Positions 29,215 through 39,563 of a stretch of 64,000 nucleotides of DNA are shown here, in pieces. The position numbers and the translations under genes are program-made. The first letter of the stretch is position 1, and every line of letters begins with the position of its first letter. The notes below the pieces were generated by a model. It was not told the origin of the DNA, searched no databases, and saw only the letters and a program-made list of their open reading frames with translations. The DNA lies in assembly GCA_015069575.1 (NCBI GenBank), contig SVIH01000011.1, forward strand, positions 376-64,375, read 5' to 3'. Origin of the DNA: Clostridiales bacterium. Its GTDB lineage: Bacteria; Bacillota; Clostridia; Christensenellales; QALW01.

Positions 29215-30114
29215 CTATTCGGTCGCTTTTTTTATTAAATATCCTTCAAGTGAATCGCGGTCACTTACTACAATATTATCAAAATTATAATACTCCATAA
29301 AGGAGGAAAGTATACATCCGCCAAAGACGATTATATCGGCTCTTTCCTTAAAATCACCAGAAAACTCTCTGCGTTTATCCTTTGTTAAAGAAGCAAGGCG
29401 ATACAAAATATCGTCAAGATCCTTTTTTAAAAAAATACCATTTTGTATTTTTGAAGGCGAATATTCTTTCAGCCCAAGAGAAAGGGATAAAAGAGTTGTG
29501 GGCGTTCCGCTAACGCCAATAAGTGTCTTTGCATTTTTTATATCAGTAGAATCCATGTATTGCGGAATATAATTTTTTAATAAAAACTCTTTTATAGGTG
29601 CTATATCAATGATTCCTGAGGGTGTTTCAAACTGCTCTTTAAGGCGAACACCGCCTGTTTTAAGGGATAATGCTGATAAAACACCATTTGTTTTGGTAAC
29701 AACTTCAGTTGAGCCACCACCTATATCAATTACTGCAGGATTTTCAAATCCGCTTGCAGAACCTAAAAAAGCAATCTCACCCTCTGTTTGCCCTGAAATA
29801 ATATCTAATTCAATACCTGTTTTATCAAGTATCATCTTTTTAAAAACATCTTTATTTTTTGCTTCGCGAACAACCGCGGTAGCATAAACATATATTTCTT
29901 GCGCGCCTTGTTCTTTTGCAATTAAAACAAATTCTTTTACCTTATCACTTGTTCGTTCCATTGCTTTTTCAAGCATAAACGGTGAAGATAAAATGCCTTC
30001 ACCAAGCCTTGTGGTAGAAAGCATTTTTAATATAGTATTTAATTTATTTTCCTTTATCTTTGCAACAAAAAGCCTTGTGGAATTTGTGCCGATATCAATA
30101 ACTGCTTTTATCAT
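29215..30114 (-). CDS. Ppx/GppA family phosphatase
   Basis: AVIDIGTNSTRL and DIGGGSTE actin-fold motifs. Confidence 0.88.
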   Translation of the reverse strand: MIKAVIDIGTNSTRLFVAKIKENKLNTILKMLSTTRLGEGILSSPFMLEKAMERTSDKVKEFVLIAKEQGAQEIYVYATAVVREAKNKDVFKKMILDKTGIELDIISGQTEGEIAFLGSASGFENPAVIDIGGGSTEVVTKTNGVLSALSLKTGGVRLKEQFETPSGIIDIAPIKEFLLKNYIPQYMDSTDIKNAKTLIGVSGTPTTLLSLSLGLKEYSPSKIQNGIFLKKDLDDILYRLASLTKDKRREFSGDFKERADIIVFGGCILSSFMEYYNFDNIVVSDRDSLEGYLIKKATE

Positions 30115-30404
30115 TATTCTTCTACAATGTCAACGCGGATTTCGCCATCTTTAACCATGCCAAAATGACTGCGCATATATTTATCAATATATTCTAAAGT
30201 GCTTTTGTTCTGAACTTCATCAAGCATTTTTTGATATTCTTCTTCAAGGCGGGCGTTTTCCTGAGTCATACGGTCAATTTGCTCGTTCTGCCTTTGAAGA
30301 ACAATACCTTGATTTATATACATATAGCAAAAATATCCTAAAAGGCAAACAAGCACCAAAGTGCCAAGCATTCTAAGAAATGAAGATTTTTTCTTCCTTG
30401 CCAT
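30114..30404 (-). CDS. divIC: septum formation initiator (FtsB/DivIC family)
   Basis: Small protein with one TM segment plus a coiled coil, downstream of yabPQ as in Bacillus. Confidence 0.8.
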   Translation of the reverse strand: MARKKKSSFLRMLGTLVLVCLLGYFCYMYINQGIVLQRQNEQIDRMTQENARLEEEYQKMLDEVQNKSTLEYIDKYMRSHFGMVKDGEIRVDIVEE

Positions 30405-30423
30405 AAATAAACCCCTTTTTTAC

Positions 30424-30789
30424 CTACTTTGAAAGCATTTTTAAATATTTTGAAATATTCAAACGTCTATATAAATTATATAAGATTTTTGCAAAAAAGT
30501 CTATAAAAATTTTAATAAAATTTCCTAAAGTAATTCTTTCTGCAATAAAACCTAAAATTAGTGCTAAAAATATAAACCAATACATATTTCCATTGTTGAA
30601 TTTTTCAATAAAATGTAAAGTTAAAACGAAAAATATGCCTGAAAAAAGTATATCGGAAACCGCCATTAAAACAGGTCTTCTTTTATATCTGAACACATAA
30701 AAAATATCGTATACTATTCCTAAAATTATTCCTAAAATTATAAATAAAGCAAACAAAGGCGCTTGCTTTGATGATTCAAATAACTTCAT
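30424..30789 (-). CDS. yabQ: spore cortex biosynthesis protein YabQ
   Basis: Small 4-TM protein directly after, and overlapping, yabP. Confidence 0.75.
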   Translation of the reverse strand: MKLFESSKQAPLFALFIILGIILGIVYDIFYVFRYKRRPVLMAVSDILFSGIFFVLTLHFIEKFNNGNMYWFIFLALILGFIAERITLGNFIKIFIDFFAKILYNLYRRLNISKYLKMLSK

Positions 30790-31073
30790 TTGAATAACCT
30801 TGATAAAATGCCTTGGTGTGCCTGTAAATCAGAATATTCTACACCCGTAATAAACCCGTCAACAACTAAAATGCCGTTATCAAGGTCAAGGCGGGAAATA
30901 TGTAATCCTTGCCCGTAAACCGAAACGGCACAATTTTCAAGGTGGGCACTAATTTCACTTTCATCAAAACTATCTACCTGTTTTATACCGGTAATACTTA
31001 TCTTTTCACGATTTTCAATAGTAACAAGACTTCTTGAGGGTAACCGTGCAGGCTGATTCATAAGTTCATTCAT
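30786..31073 (-). CDS. yabP: sporulation protein YabP
   Basis: LVTIENREKISITGIKQVDSFDE...L.I.G..L.I matches the YabP pattern. Confidence 0.88.
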   Translation of the reverse strand: MNELMNQPARLPSRSLVTIENREKISITGIKQVDSFDESEISAHLENCAVSVYGQGLHISRLDLDNGILVVDGFITGVEYSDLQAHQGILSRLFK

Positions 31074-31182
31074 TTTTTTATCACTCCTTCTTTATAAAAC
31101 ATATGTTTTAACAAGGAAAAATATTACTGTAAAAAGCGTTTTTTCTTGCATAATATAGAAATATATTATATAATATGTAATT

Positions 31183-31623
31183 ATGAGATACTGTTTTAAT
31201 ATTACAAGCCCTGCTGAAACTGAAGCCTTGGGCGAAAAATTAGTTAAAAAAATAAATATCGGCGCATTTATTGCTTTAACAGGCGATCTTGGTGCAGGTA
31301 AAACTGTGTTTGTAAAAGGTCTTGCAAAAGGGCTTAATGTTAAAGAAAGGGTGGTAAGCCCAACCTACACCATTATGTGCCAATACTTTGGCGATAAAAT
31401 GCTTTGCCATTTTGATCTTTACCGCATTACGCAGGACGATTGCTATAATATGGGTTTTGATGATTTCTTTTTTGACGAAAACATCATTTGTGCTGTTGAA
31501 TGGAGTGAAAGGTTAAATGAATTTCCGCCAAATGTAATACAGGTGGATGTTGAAAAAACAGGCGAATTTTCAAGAAAAATTACTGTTATAGATAATAACG
31601 CCATTATAAAAGGTGAACTTTAA
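31183..31623 (+). CDS. tsaE: tRNA t6A biosynthesis ATPase TsaE
   Basis: GDLGAGKT P-loop and SPTYTI motif. Confidence 0.9.
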   Translation: MRYCFNITSPAETEALGEKLVKKINIGAFIALTGDLGAGKTVFVKGLAKGLNVKERVVSPTYTIMCQYFGDKMLCHFDLYRITQDDCYNMGFDDFFFDENIICAVEWSERLNEFPPNVIQVDVEKTGEFSRKITVIDNNAIIKGEL

Positions 31624-32309
31624 TGAATATTTTATGTATTGATACTTCAAGTGTATATGCTTCATGTGCACTTTTAAAAGATGAACAGATTATTTCAGAA
31701 AAAACAGTTTTAAGCGGTCTTGTTCATTCAAAATCCATTATGCCTCTTGTTGAACAGGTGCTTGAAAGCGCCAATGTTGATATTGAAGAAATTGATATTT
31801 TTTCATGTGTTGCAGGACCCGGCTCATTCACAGGCGTTCGCATTGGTGTTTGCGCAACAAAAGGTCTTGCACAAGCAATGAATAAACCCTGTTATGCAGT
31901 TAAAACTCTTGATTGTTTAAAAGAAAATGTTCCGTATTTTAAAACTGTGTGTCCCATTCTTGATGCAAGGCGTTCACAGGTATATTCAGCAGTTTATGAA
32001 AATGGCGAACTTATCAGGGAATATGATGTTTGCCCTTTAGAAGAAGTGCTTGAGTTTTTAAAAAACAAAAAAACTTTATTTTTAGGTGATGGGGTAAAAC
32101 CATTTAAAGAAAAAATAAGTTCAATTTTAGGTGAAAATGCAATTTTTGCACCTTTACAACATAATTTTATAAGGGCAGCAAGCGGCGCGTATTTAACACT
32201 AAAAGCGTATAATGAAAACAAACTTATAACCTATAATGAACTTGACGCAATATATTTAAGAAAGCCACAGGCAGAGCGTGAGTATGAAAACAGAAATTCA
32301 CTTACTTGA
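31623..32309 (+). CDS. tsaB: tRNA t6A biosynthesis protein TsaB
   Basis: ILCIDTSS, GPGSFTGVRIG. Confidence 0.9.
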   Translation: MNILCIDTSSVYASCALLKDEQIISEKTVLSGLVHSKSIMPLVEQVLESANVDIEEIDIFSCVAGPGSFTGVRIGVCATKGLAQAMNKPCYAVKTLDCLKENVPYFKTVCPILDARRSQVYSAVYENGELIREYDVCPLEEVLEFLKNKKTLFLGDGVKPFKEKISSILGENAIFAPLQHNFIRAASGAYLTLKAYNENKLITYNELDAIYLRKPQAEREYENRNSLT

Positions 32310-32724
32310 AAAACGGTTTTTAGATGAAATTGACCTTATCGAAAAAGACAGTTTTAAAGAGCCTTGGTCAAAAGATGCGTACGAAAAGGAAATAAATAAT
32401 CCTCTTTCTACTATCTGCGTAATAACAGTAAACGATGAAGTTGTTGCTTACGGCGGGTTTTGGAAAATATTAGATGAAGGGGATATTAATAATATTGCCG
32501 TTAAAAAAGAATACAGGGGCAAAGGGTTTGGTAAAATGCTAATGAACGCCTTAACAGAAGAGGCCAAAGAGCAAAACATCAAGGCTATGACATTAGAGGT
32601 AAGGGTTTCAAACAAAAGCGCAATAGAACTTTATAAAAAATTCGGGTTTGTTGAAGCAGGTGTAAGAAAAAAATATTATTCTGATTCTGAAGATGCTTTG
32701 ATTATGTGGTTGGAGGAACTTTAA
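32278..32724 (+). CDS. rimI: ribosomal-protein-alanine N-acetyltransferase RimI
   Basis: GNAT motif (YRGKGFGKMLM). Conserved tsaE-tsaB-rimI order. Confidence 0.88.
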   Translation: MSMKTEIHLLEKRFLDEIDLIEKDSFKEPWSKDAYEKEINNPLSTICVITVNDEVVAYGGFWKILDEGDINNIAVKKEYRGKGFGKMLMNALTEEAKEQNIKAMTLEVRVSNKSAIELYKKFGFVEAGVRKKYYSDSEDALIMWLEEL

Positions 32725-33471
32725 TTGATAGTTGAAGTTGATAACTATAAAATTAATTATGAAACTGAAGGCGTTGGCGAAGATTTAGTAATTCTTCATG
32801 GTTGGGGTTATGACATAACTTTGCTTAATAACCTTAAAAATGCTTTAAAAGATAGTTACAGGGTAACATTAATTGACCTTTCAGGTCACGGCAAATCACC
32901 TGAACCTACAACACCTATCACTGTTTATGATTATGCAGATATAGTTGAAAAAACACTAGATAAATTAAACATAAACAGCGCATATTTTTTAGGCCATTCA
33001 TTTGGTTGCAGATTAAGTATTATTATTGCTTCCCGTAATCCTGGAAGGGTTAAAAAAATGGTGCTTTGCGGTGCTGCGGGCATAAAAGATAAACGCGGTT
33101 TTGATTACTATTTAAAAGTTTATTCTTATAAAATTGCAAAGTCTTTCTTAAAAACATTTGCGCCTAGAAAATTTGAAAAATGGAAAAACTCAAAAGGTTC
33201 AGAAGATTATAAAAAGTTATCAGATGTTATGAAAGCAACTTTTTCTAACATTGTAAACGAAGATTTATCTTATTTATTATCAAAAATTCAGGCACCCACG
33301 TTTTTAATCTGGGGCGAAAATGATACCGCCACCCCCTTATATATGGCGGATATTATGGAAAAGGAAATTCCGGATTGCGCAAAAGTAGTTTATATGGGCA
33401 GAACTCATTATGCCTTTTTAGAAGAACTTCCGCGCACAGAAGCAATAGTGAAAACATTTTTTAAGGAGTAA
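32725..33471 (+). CDS. alpha/beta hydrolase
   Basis: HGWG and nucleophile elbow GHSFG. TTG start with GGAGGA upstream. Confidence 0.8.
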   Translation: MIVEVDNYKINYETEGVGEDLVILHGWGYDITLLNNLKNALKDSYRVTLIDLSGHGKSPEPTTPITVYDYADIVEKTLDKLNINSAYFLGHSFGCRLSIIIASRNPGRVKKMVLCGAAGIKDKRGFDYYLKVYSYKIAKSFLKTFAPRKFEKWKNSKGSEDYKKLSDVMKATFSNIVNEDLSYLLSKIQAPTFLIWGENDTATPLYMADIMEKEIPDCAKVVYMGRTHYAFLEELPRTEAIVKTFFKE

Positions 33472-33473
33472 AA

Positions 33474-34946
33474 ATGAATATAGTTAAACTTGTGTTAGTG
33501 CTGTCCTCAACTGCGCTTACACTTATGGCATCAAGATATTACATACATATGCTTCAATTAGAAGGTTATTTCATAACCCAGTATGTTCATCATCTTTTTG
33601 CCCGTATAAGAAAACCAAAACTGTTTTTTAATAAGCAAAAAGCAAAAAAACCTCTTGTTTATACTGCAAGAATAAAGCGTTTGTTTTTTGCGCTTTTCTT
33701 GATCACTCTTATATATAATTTCTTGTTGGGATATGTTTTTAATGAAAAGATAAGCGAAACATTATCTTTTAACGCAAGTGTGTTTTGCATTATTCCTATA
33801 ATACTTGTTTCCCTTTTTGTTTTGCTTGCATCATTAATTATGATGCCTGTTGAAAAATTAATTGCAAAATGGTATGTTTTTGATGCAAAACGAATTTTAC
33901 AGGGAAGACCTGATTTAAAAATAGTTGCCATAACAGGTTCTTATGGAAAAACAAGCACAAAATTTATACTTTCAACTATTCTTAGTGAAAAGTACGCATG
34001 CCTTACACCGCCTTCAAGTTATAATACCACCATGGGCGTTGTGCGTGTTATAAGGGAAAGGCTTCAGCCTGATGATCAGGTGTTTATTTGCGAAATGGGT
34101 TCACGCCATATTGGCGATATTAAAGAAATCTGCGATTTTGTGCATCCTCATAACGCAATAATAACATCAATAGGACCTCAGCATCTTGATACTTTTGGAT
34201 CTATTGAAGGTGTTAAAAAAGGTAAATTTGAACTTATTGAAGCATTACAAAAAACGGGCATCGCTGTGTTTGCATCAAGTAACGAGCATATTTTGGAACT
34301 TTACAATAAGGCTCAATGCGAAAAATACACTGCGGGTTTTACGCCAGATGATGATTTAATTGCACAAAATATTTCTGTTGGATGCTTTGGCAGTGCTTTT
34401 ACCTTAATTGATAAACAGGGAAACAAACAGGAATGTACCACAAAACTTTTAGGTAAGCATAATATTTCAAACATATTGGTTGCAGCTTTGATGGCATATA
34501 AAATAGGGCTTACTTTAGAAGAAATCGCAAGGGGAATCAGTAAAATTCAGCCTGTTGAACACAGATTACAGATAGTAAGTCAAAAACCGGTAACAATTAT
34601 TGATGATGCGTTTAATTCAAGCCCTAACGGTGCTTCTGCGGCGTTAGATGTTTTAGGCAGGTTTGTTTCAAGGCGGATAATAGTAACGCCGGGATTTGTT
34701 GAACTTGGTAAAGATCAGGATAAATATCATTTTCAGTTAGGTGAAAAAATAAAAGATAATGCTGATATTGCCATATTAGTTGGTAAAAAGCGTACTGAAA
34801 AGATAGTAGAAGGCTTAAATGGATTTAAAGGTGAAATATATCAGGTTTCTTCTTTAAATGAAGCAACACAGGTTTTACAAAAAATCACTATTCCAGGTGA
34901 TGTAGTATTGTTTGAAAACGATTTACCGGATAACTTTAATGAATAA
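33474..34946 (+). CDS. Mur ligase family protein, MurF-like, with N-terminal transmembrane region
   Basis: ITGSYGKTSTK P-loop, Mur middle and C-terminal domains (DDAFNSSP). The first roughly 130 aa are hydrophobic helices instead of the MurF N-domain. Adjacent to ddl. Confidence 0.78.
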   Translation: MNIVKLVLVLSSTALTLMASRYYIHMLQLEGYFITQYVHHLFARIRKPKLFFNKQKAKKPLVYTARIKRLFFALFLITLIYNFLLGYVFNEKISETLSFNASVFCIIPIILVSLFVLLASLIMMPVEKLIAKWYVFDAKRILQGRPDLKIVAITGSYGKTSTKFILSTILSEKYACLTPPSSYNTTMGVVRVIRERLQPDDQVFICEMGSRHIGDIKEICDFVHPHNAIITSIGPQHLDTFGSIEGVKKGKFELIEALQKTGIAVFASSNEHILELYNKAQCEKYTAGFTPDDDLIAQNISVGCFGSAFTLIDKQGNKQECTTKLLGKHNISNILVAALMAYKIGLTLEEIARGISKIQPVEHRLQIVSQKPVTIIDDAFNSSPNGASAALDVLGRFVSRRIIVTPGFVELGKDQDKYHFQLGEKIKDNADIAILVGKKRTEKIVEGLNGFKGEIYQVSSLNEATQVLQKITIPGDVVLFENDLPDNFNE

Positions 34947-34959
34947 GGAGATAATCAAA

Positions 34960-36171
34960 ATGTTAAATGTTGCAGTTTTCTTTGGCGGAAAAACAGTTGA
35001 GCATGATGTTTCTATTGTAACGGCGCAACAACTTATACAGAATATGGATAAAACCAAATACAACCCTGTTCCTGTATATATTACAAGGGATGGTGATTGG
35101 TTTACCGGCGAAAAACTTGTCAGCATTGAGGCTTTTAAAAGTTTTGATAAAGGTGCAAAAGATGTAAAAAGGGTATACCTTCCTGCTAACACACGCATTA
35201 AGCAATTATATCTTTTTAAACCTGAAAAACAGGGCGTATTCAAAAAAGAAAATAATGTTTATATGACCATTGACTGTGCTATTATTGCGATGCACGGGTT
35301 AAATGGTGAGGACGGAACTTTACAAGGGTTGTTGGAACTTGCAGACATTCCGTATGCTTCAAGCGGTGTTTTGGGATCTTCATCAGGCATGGATAAAATT
35401 TTAATGAAAGCAGTTTTTCAAGGTGCGGGATTTCCAACATTGCCCTACACATTTTTTGATAGAGGCGATTTTGATAAAGAACCTGAAAAGGTGCTTGATA
35501 AGTGCGAAAGCATTTTAACTTATCCTATGTTTGTTAAGCCTTCCAATTTAGGTTCAAGTATTGGTATTACAAAGGCACATAACAGGGAAGAATTAAATAG
35601 TGCGATTTTAGTTGCAAGGGAATATGATAGGCGTATTTTAGTTGAACAGGGTATTGATAGCCCAAAGGAAATAAATTGCTCGGCTTTGGGATTTGCCTCA
35701 GAAGTTAAAGCATCTGTTTGCGAAATGCCATATAACAGTGATGAGTTTTTAACATTTTCAGATAAATATCTTAACGGCAACAAAAATCAGGCAGGTATGG
35801 AAGCCCTTTCAAGAAGAATACCTGCGCCTATTTCAAAAGAACTTACCAAGAAAATTGAGAATATGACCGTTCAGGCATTCAAACTTATGGACTGCAAAGG
35901 CGTTGTTCGTATTGACTATATGCTTGATAAAGACGATAATCTTTACATTAACGAAATTAATACTATTCCCGGCTCATTTGCATTTTATCTTTGGGAGCCA
36001 ATGGGTATAAATTACACCCGTTTAATTGATGAACTTATTGATATAGCATTTAAAGCCAACAAGGATAAAAAGCAGAACAATTTTGCTTTTGATTCTGAAA
36101 TTATTGCAGGGTTTGCCCGCAACAGCCAAAAAGCAGGTAAATTCGGTGGCGGAAAGTTTGGCAAAATATGA
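34960..36171 (+). CDS. ddl: D-alanine--D-alanine ligase
   Basis: VAVFFGGKTVEHDVS, ATP-grasp motifs and EINTIPG. Start set to the ATG with AAGGAG upstream. Confidence 0.92.
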   Translation: MLNVAVFFGGKTVEHDVSIVTAQQLIQNMDKTKYNPVPVYITRDGDWFTGEKLVSIEAFKSFDKGAKDVKRVYLPANTRIKQLYLFKPEKQGVFKKENNVYMTIDCAIIAMHGLNGEDGTLQGLLELADIPYASSGVLGSSSGMDKILMKAVFQGAGFPTLPYTFFDRGDFDKEPEKVLDKCESILTYPMFVKPSNLGSSIGITKAHNREELNSAILVAREYDRRILVEQGIDSPKEINCSALGFASEVKASVCEMPYNSDEFLTFSDKYLNGNKNQAGMEALSRRIPAPISKELTKKIENMTVQAFKLMDCKGVVRIDYMLDKDDNLYINEINTIPGSFAFYLWEPMGINYTRLIDELIDIAFKANKDKKQNNFAFDSEIIAGFARNSQKAGKFGGGKFGKI

Positions 36172-36743
36172 AAAAAGTAATAGCATTATTATTTGTTTTA
36201 GTGCTTTTGTTTACCGGTTGTGTTTCAGGCAGTGATAAAAAAACAGTAAATAGCGTGCTTGACCAATATTTTTCCTGTTTAAAATCAAGGGAATACGAAA
36301 AAGCCAATCAGCTGGTTGTTCAGGCTGATGAAAACATAATTTTTTCAATTGAAGCAAGCGCAGTAAACGATCTTATTTTTAAAGATATCAAGTATGAAAT
36401 ATGGAAAATTTATTCTAAGGATAAATATCTTGTGGCAGAAACAGTTGTTACACAGATAAGCCTTAAATCAGCGTACATTGATACTGTTAAAGAATATGCT
36501 GAATATGTTGAAGAAGCGAAAAATCAGAACAAAATTTTCACAGAACAAGCATTAAAAGAAAAGTGGGACGAAATCTTTTATAAGCATGTGGCTTCGGTAA
36601 AAGAAAAGTCTGTGTTTAAATGCGATATTTATATAAATGTTGAAGATAAAAATTCCCCCCAAATACTTATGACTGCAGATTTCAGGAATTGTTTGTTTGG
36701 TGGCGAATTAGATGCAATAAACATGTTAAATCAAATGAAATAA
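36168..36743 (+). CDS. hypothetical lipoprotein
   Basis: Signal peptide with a lipobox (LLFTGC). Confidence 0.6.
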   Translation: MKKVIALLFVLVLLFTGCVSGSDKKTVNSVLDQYFSCLKSREYEKANQLVVQADENIIFSIEASAVNDLIFKDIKYEIWKIYSKDKYLVAETVVTQISLKSAYIDTVKEYAEYVEEAKNQNKIFTEQALKEKWDEIFYKHVASVKEKSVFKCDIYINVEDKNSPQILMTADFRNCLFGGELDAINMLNQMK

Positions 36744-36757
36744 AGGTAGGAAAACAT

Positions 36758-37249
36758 ATGAACGAATTTAAATTAAAATTAATTGAACTTCTTCATAACG
36801 ATGCTTTTTTAACAAATGCACAACTTGCAGTTATGCTTGATAAAAGTGAAGATGAAGTTAAACAGGCAAAAAACGAACTTGAAAACGAAGGCATTATTAT
36901 GGGATACGGCGCTATAATCAATGCTGAAAAAACTAACGATAATAAGGTTTCTGCTTTGATTGAAGTAAAAATAACACCTCAAAGGGATATGGGTTTTGAT
37001 GCTATTGCACAAAACATATATTCTTTTCCTGAAGTTAAAGCCTGTTATCTTATGAGCGGCGCCTATGACCTTATGGTTATTGTTGAAGGTGATGATATCC
37101 GTCAGGTTGCAGGATTTGTTTCAAAACGCCTTTCAGTGCTCGATAATGTTTTAAGTTGCGCAACTCACTTTATTCTTAAAAGATATAAACAAGATGGAAA
37201 TGTTTTTGAAGAAAACAACCAGGATAAACGTCAGGCGGTGTCACCGTAA
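36758..37249 (+). CDS. Lrp/AsnC family transcriptional regulator
   Basis: HTH N-terminus plus an RAM-like C-terminus. Start at the internal ATG (MNEFKLKLIELL). Confidence 0.85.
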   Translation: MNEFKLKLIELLHNDAFLTNAQLAVMLDKSEDEVKQAKNELENEGIIMGYGAIINAEKTNDNKVSALIEVKITPQRDMGFDAIAQNIYSFPEVKACYLMSGAYDLMVIVEGDDIRQVAGFVSKRLSVLDNVLSCATHFILKRYKQDGNVFEENNQDKRQAVSP

Positions 37250-37251
37250 CA

Positions 37252-38433
37252 ATGAATTGGCAGGATAAATTATCTAATACAGTTATAAATATTAAGCCTT
37301 CGGGAATCCGCAAATTTTTTGATATTGTTCAAACTATGCCTGATGCTATTTCGTTAGGCGTAGGTGAGCCTGATTTTATTACCCCTTGGCATATTCGCCA
37401 GGCGGCTATGGATTCTATAAGAAATGGTGAAACCGCATATACTTCAAACGCAGGCGATCCAAAGTTGCGCAAAGCAATTTCAAGATATATTGAAGAAAGA
37501 TTTTCTCTTTCCTATGATCCAATGGGCGAAATTATTGTTACCGTTGGCGCATCAGAAGCCATCGACCTTGCAATGCGTGCGCTTATTAACCCAGGGGATG
37601 AAGTTATTATTCCTGATCCAAGCTATGTTTCGTATGTGCCTAATGTTTTGATGGTGCACGGTGTTCCTGTGCCTGTTAAAACTAAAGCGGAAAATGATTT
37701 CAGGATTACTCCAAATGAAATTGAAGCAGCAATAACAGATAAAACTAAGGCAATTATTTTACCTTATCCCAATAACCCCACAGGCGCTGTTATGGAAAAA
37801 CATCACCTTGAAGAAATTGCAAAGGTAATAAAAAAGCACGATTTAATTGTTATTTCTGATGAAATTTATGCTGAATTATCTTACGGCATTAACCACATTT
37901 CCATCGCAAGTATTGATGGAATGAAAGAGCGAACAATTCTAATTAACGGTTTTTCAAAGGCTTTTGCGATGACAGGCTGGCGCGTAGGCTTTGTTTGTGC
38001 GCCCAAAGACGTTCTTTCAATGATGTTAAAGGTGCATCAGTATGTAATTATGTGCGCTTCAACAATGTCACAGGCGGCGGCTTTAGACGCATTAGAACGC
38101 GCTTTTGTTGATGGCTTTAAGGATGTAAAGCATATGCAGGAAGATTACGATATGCGTAGGCGCGTTATCTATAAAGCACTTAATGAAATGGGCTTAAGCT
38201 CCTTTGAACCAAAGGGCGCATTTTATATCTTTCCCTGTATTAAGTCAACCAACAGGACAAGCGAACAGTTTGCAACGGATTTATTAAAGAGTCAGCATGT
38301 TGCAGTTGTGCCCGGCACTGCATTTGGTGAAAGTGGCGAAGGCTACGTTCGTTGTTCTTATGCTTCAAGCCTTAAAAATATAAATGAGGCTATGGATAGA
38401 ATTAAAAAGTTCCTGGAGAGTATAAATGCTTAA
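37252..38433 (+). CDS. class I/II PLP-dependent (aspartate-type) aminotransferase
   Basis: NPTG and SKAFAMTGWRVG (PLP lysine) motifs. Confidence 0.92.
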   Translation: MNWQDKLSNTVINIKPSGIRKFFDIVQTMPDAISLGVGEPDFITPWHIRQAAMDSIRNGETAYTSNAGDPKLRKAISRYIEERFSLSYDPMGEIIVTVGASEAIDLAMRALINPGDEVIIPDPSYVSYVPNVLMVHGVPVPVKTKAENDFRITPNEIEAAITDKTKAIILPYPNNPTGAVMEKHHLEEIAKVIKKHDLIVISDEIYAELSYGINHISIASIDGMKERTILINGFSKAFAMTGWRVGFVCAPKDVLSMMLKVHQYVIMCASTMSQAAALDALERAFVDGFKDVKHMQEDYDMRRRVIYKALNEMGLSSFEPKGAFYIFPCIKSTNRTSEQFATDLLKSQHVAVVPGTAFGESGEGYVRCSYASSLKNINEAMDRIKKFLESINA

Positions 38434-38923
38434 TATAGTTTTGGTTGAACCTGAAATTCCATATAATGCAGGTAATATCGCCCGTACTTGCGCAGCAACG
38501 GGAACGGCTTTACATATGGTTCGCCCCTTTGGCTTTTCTTTAGATGATAAAAATTTAAAAAGGGCAGGCCTTGATTATTGGAACTTGCTTGATATACACT
38601 ATTACGATAGTTTTTTAGAAGTTCGGGAAAAGTTTAAGGATAGTCAGTTCTTTTATGCCACCACAAAGGGTGGTAATATCTACAGCGAAGTTCAAATTCC
38701 CGATAACAGTTTTATTGTCTTTGGCAAAGAAACAAAAGGCTTGCCTGAAGAACTTTTAAAGGAAAATTTAGATTCCTGCATCCGTATTCCTATGGTTGAA
38801 GGTGCAAGAAGCCTTAACCTTTGTAACAGCGTTGCTATCGTGTTATTTGAAGGTTTAAGGCAGAACGAATTTTCAAATATGCAACTCTTTGGCAAATTAA
38901 AAGAACATATTGATAAAATTTAG
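38426..38923 (+). CDS. trmL: tRNA (cytidine/uridine-2'-O-)-methyltransferase TrmL
   Basis: SpoU/TrmL pattern: IVLVEPEIPYNAGNIARTC ... SLNL. Confidence 0.88.
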   Translation: MLNIVLVEPEIPYNAGNIARTCAATGTALHMVRPFGFSLDDKNLKRAGLDYWNLLDIHYYDSFLEVREKFKDSQFFYATTKGGNIYSEVQIPDNSFIVFGKETKGLPEELLKENLDSCIRIPMVEGARSLNLCNSVAIVLFEGLRQNEFSNMQLFGKLKEHIDKI

Positions 38924-38931
38924 GTGTAAAA

Positions 38932-39525
38932 ATGAATTTTCAACAAGAACAGGATAATATTATAAAAGGTTTAACCTTTAAACCAAGATTACTGTTACAT
39001 TCTTGTTGCGGACCGTGTAGCAGTTATTGTATTGAAGCGTTAATAAAACACTTTGATGTTACTGTTTTATGGTATAACCCTAATATTCAGCCTAAAAGTG
39101 AATATGACCTTCGTTTAACCAATCAAATAAAACTAATTAAAGAGTTTGAAAAGCAAGGTAAATTAACGCTGATTGAAATCCCCTATGATGAACAGGAGTT
39201 CTTTTCTTATGTTTTAGGATTAGAGCAAGAAAAAGAGGGGGGCAAGCGTTGCACGGAATGTTTTAAATTAAGGTTAAACCAAACCGCGAAAATAGCAAAG
39301 GAACAAAACTTTGATTATTTTACAACTACGTTAACGGTTTCACCCCACAAAAATGCTCCTTTAATAAATGAAATAGGATATTCTTTGGCAGAAAAATATT
39401 CAACAAAGTTCTTGCCTTGCGATTTTAAAAAGAAAAACGGATACAAACGCTCTATTGAACTTTCAAAGCAATTAAATATTTACCGCCAAAACTATTGCGG
39501 TTGCATTTTTTCATTAAACGAATAA
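38932..39525 (+). CDS. queH: epoxyqueuosine reductase QueH (DUF208)
   Basis: LLLHSCCGPCSSY and YCGC motifs. Confidence 0.85.
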   Translation: MNFQQEQDNIIKGLTFKPRLLLHSCCGPCSSYCIEALIKHFDVTVLWYNPNIQPKSEYDLRLTNQIKLIKEFEKQGKLTLIEIPYDEQEFFSYVLGLEQEKEGGKRCTECFKLRLNQTAKIAKEQNFDYFTTTLTVSPHKNAPLINEIGYSLAEKYSTKFLPCDFKKKNGYKRSIELSKQLNIYRQNYCGCIFSLNE

Positions 39526-39554
39526 AAACAGGCTCTTGCGAGCCTGTTTTTTTG
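39524..39554. terminator. bidirectional terminator
   Basis: Stem ACAGGCTC / GAGCCTGT followed by a T7 run. Confidence 0.85.
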
Positions 39555-39563
39555 TAAATTATA

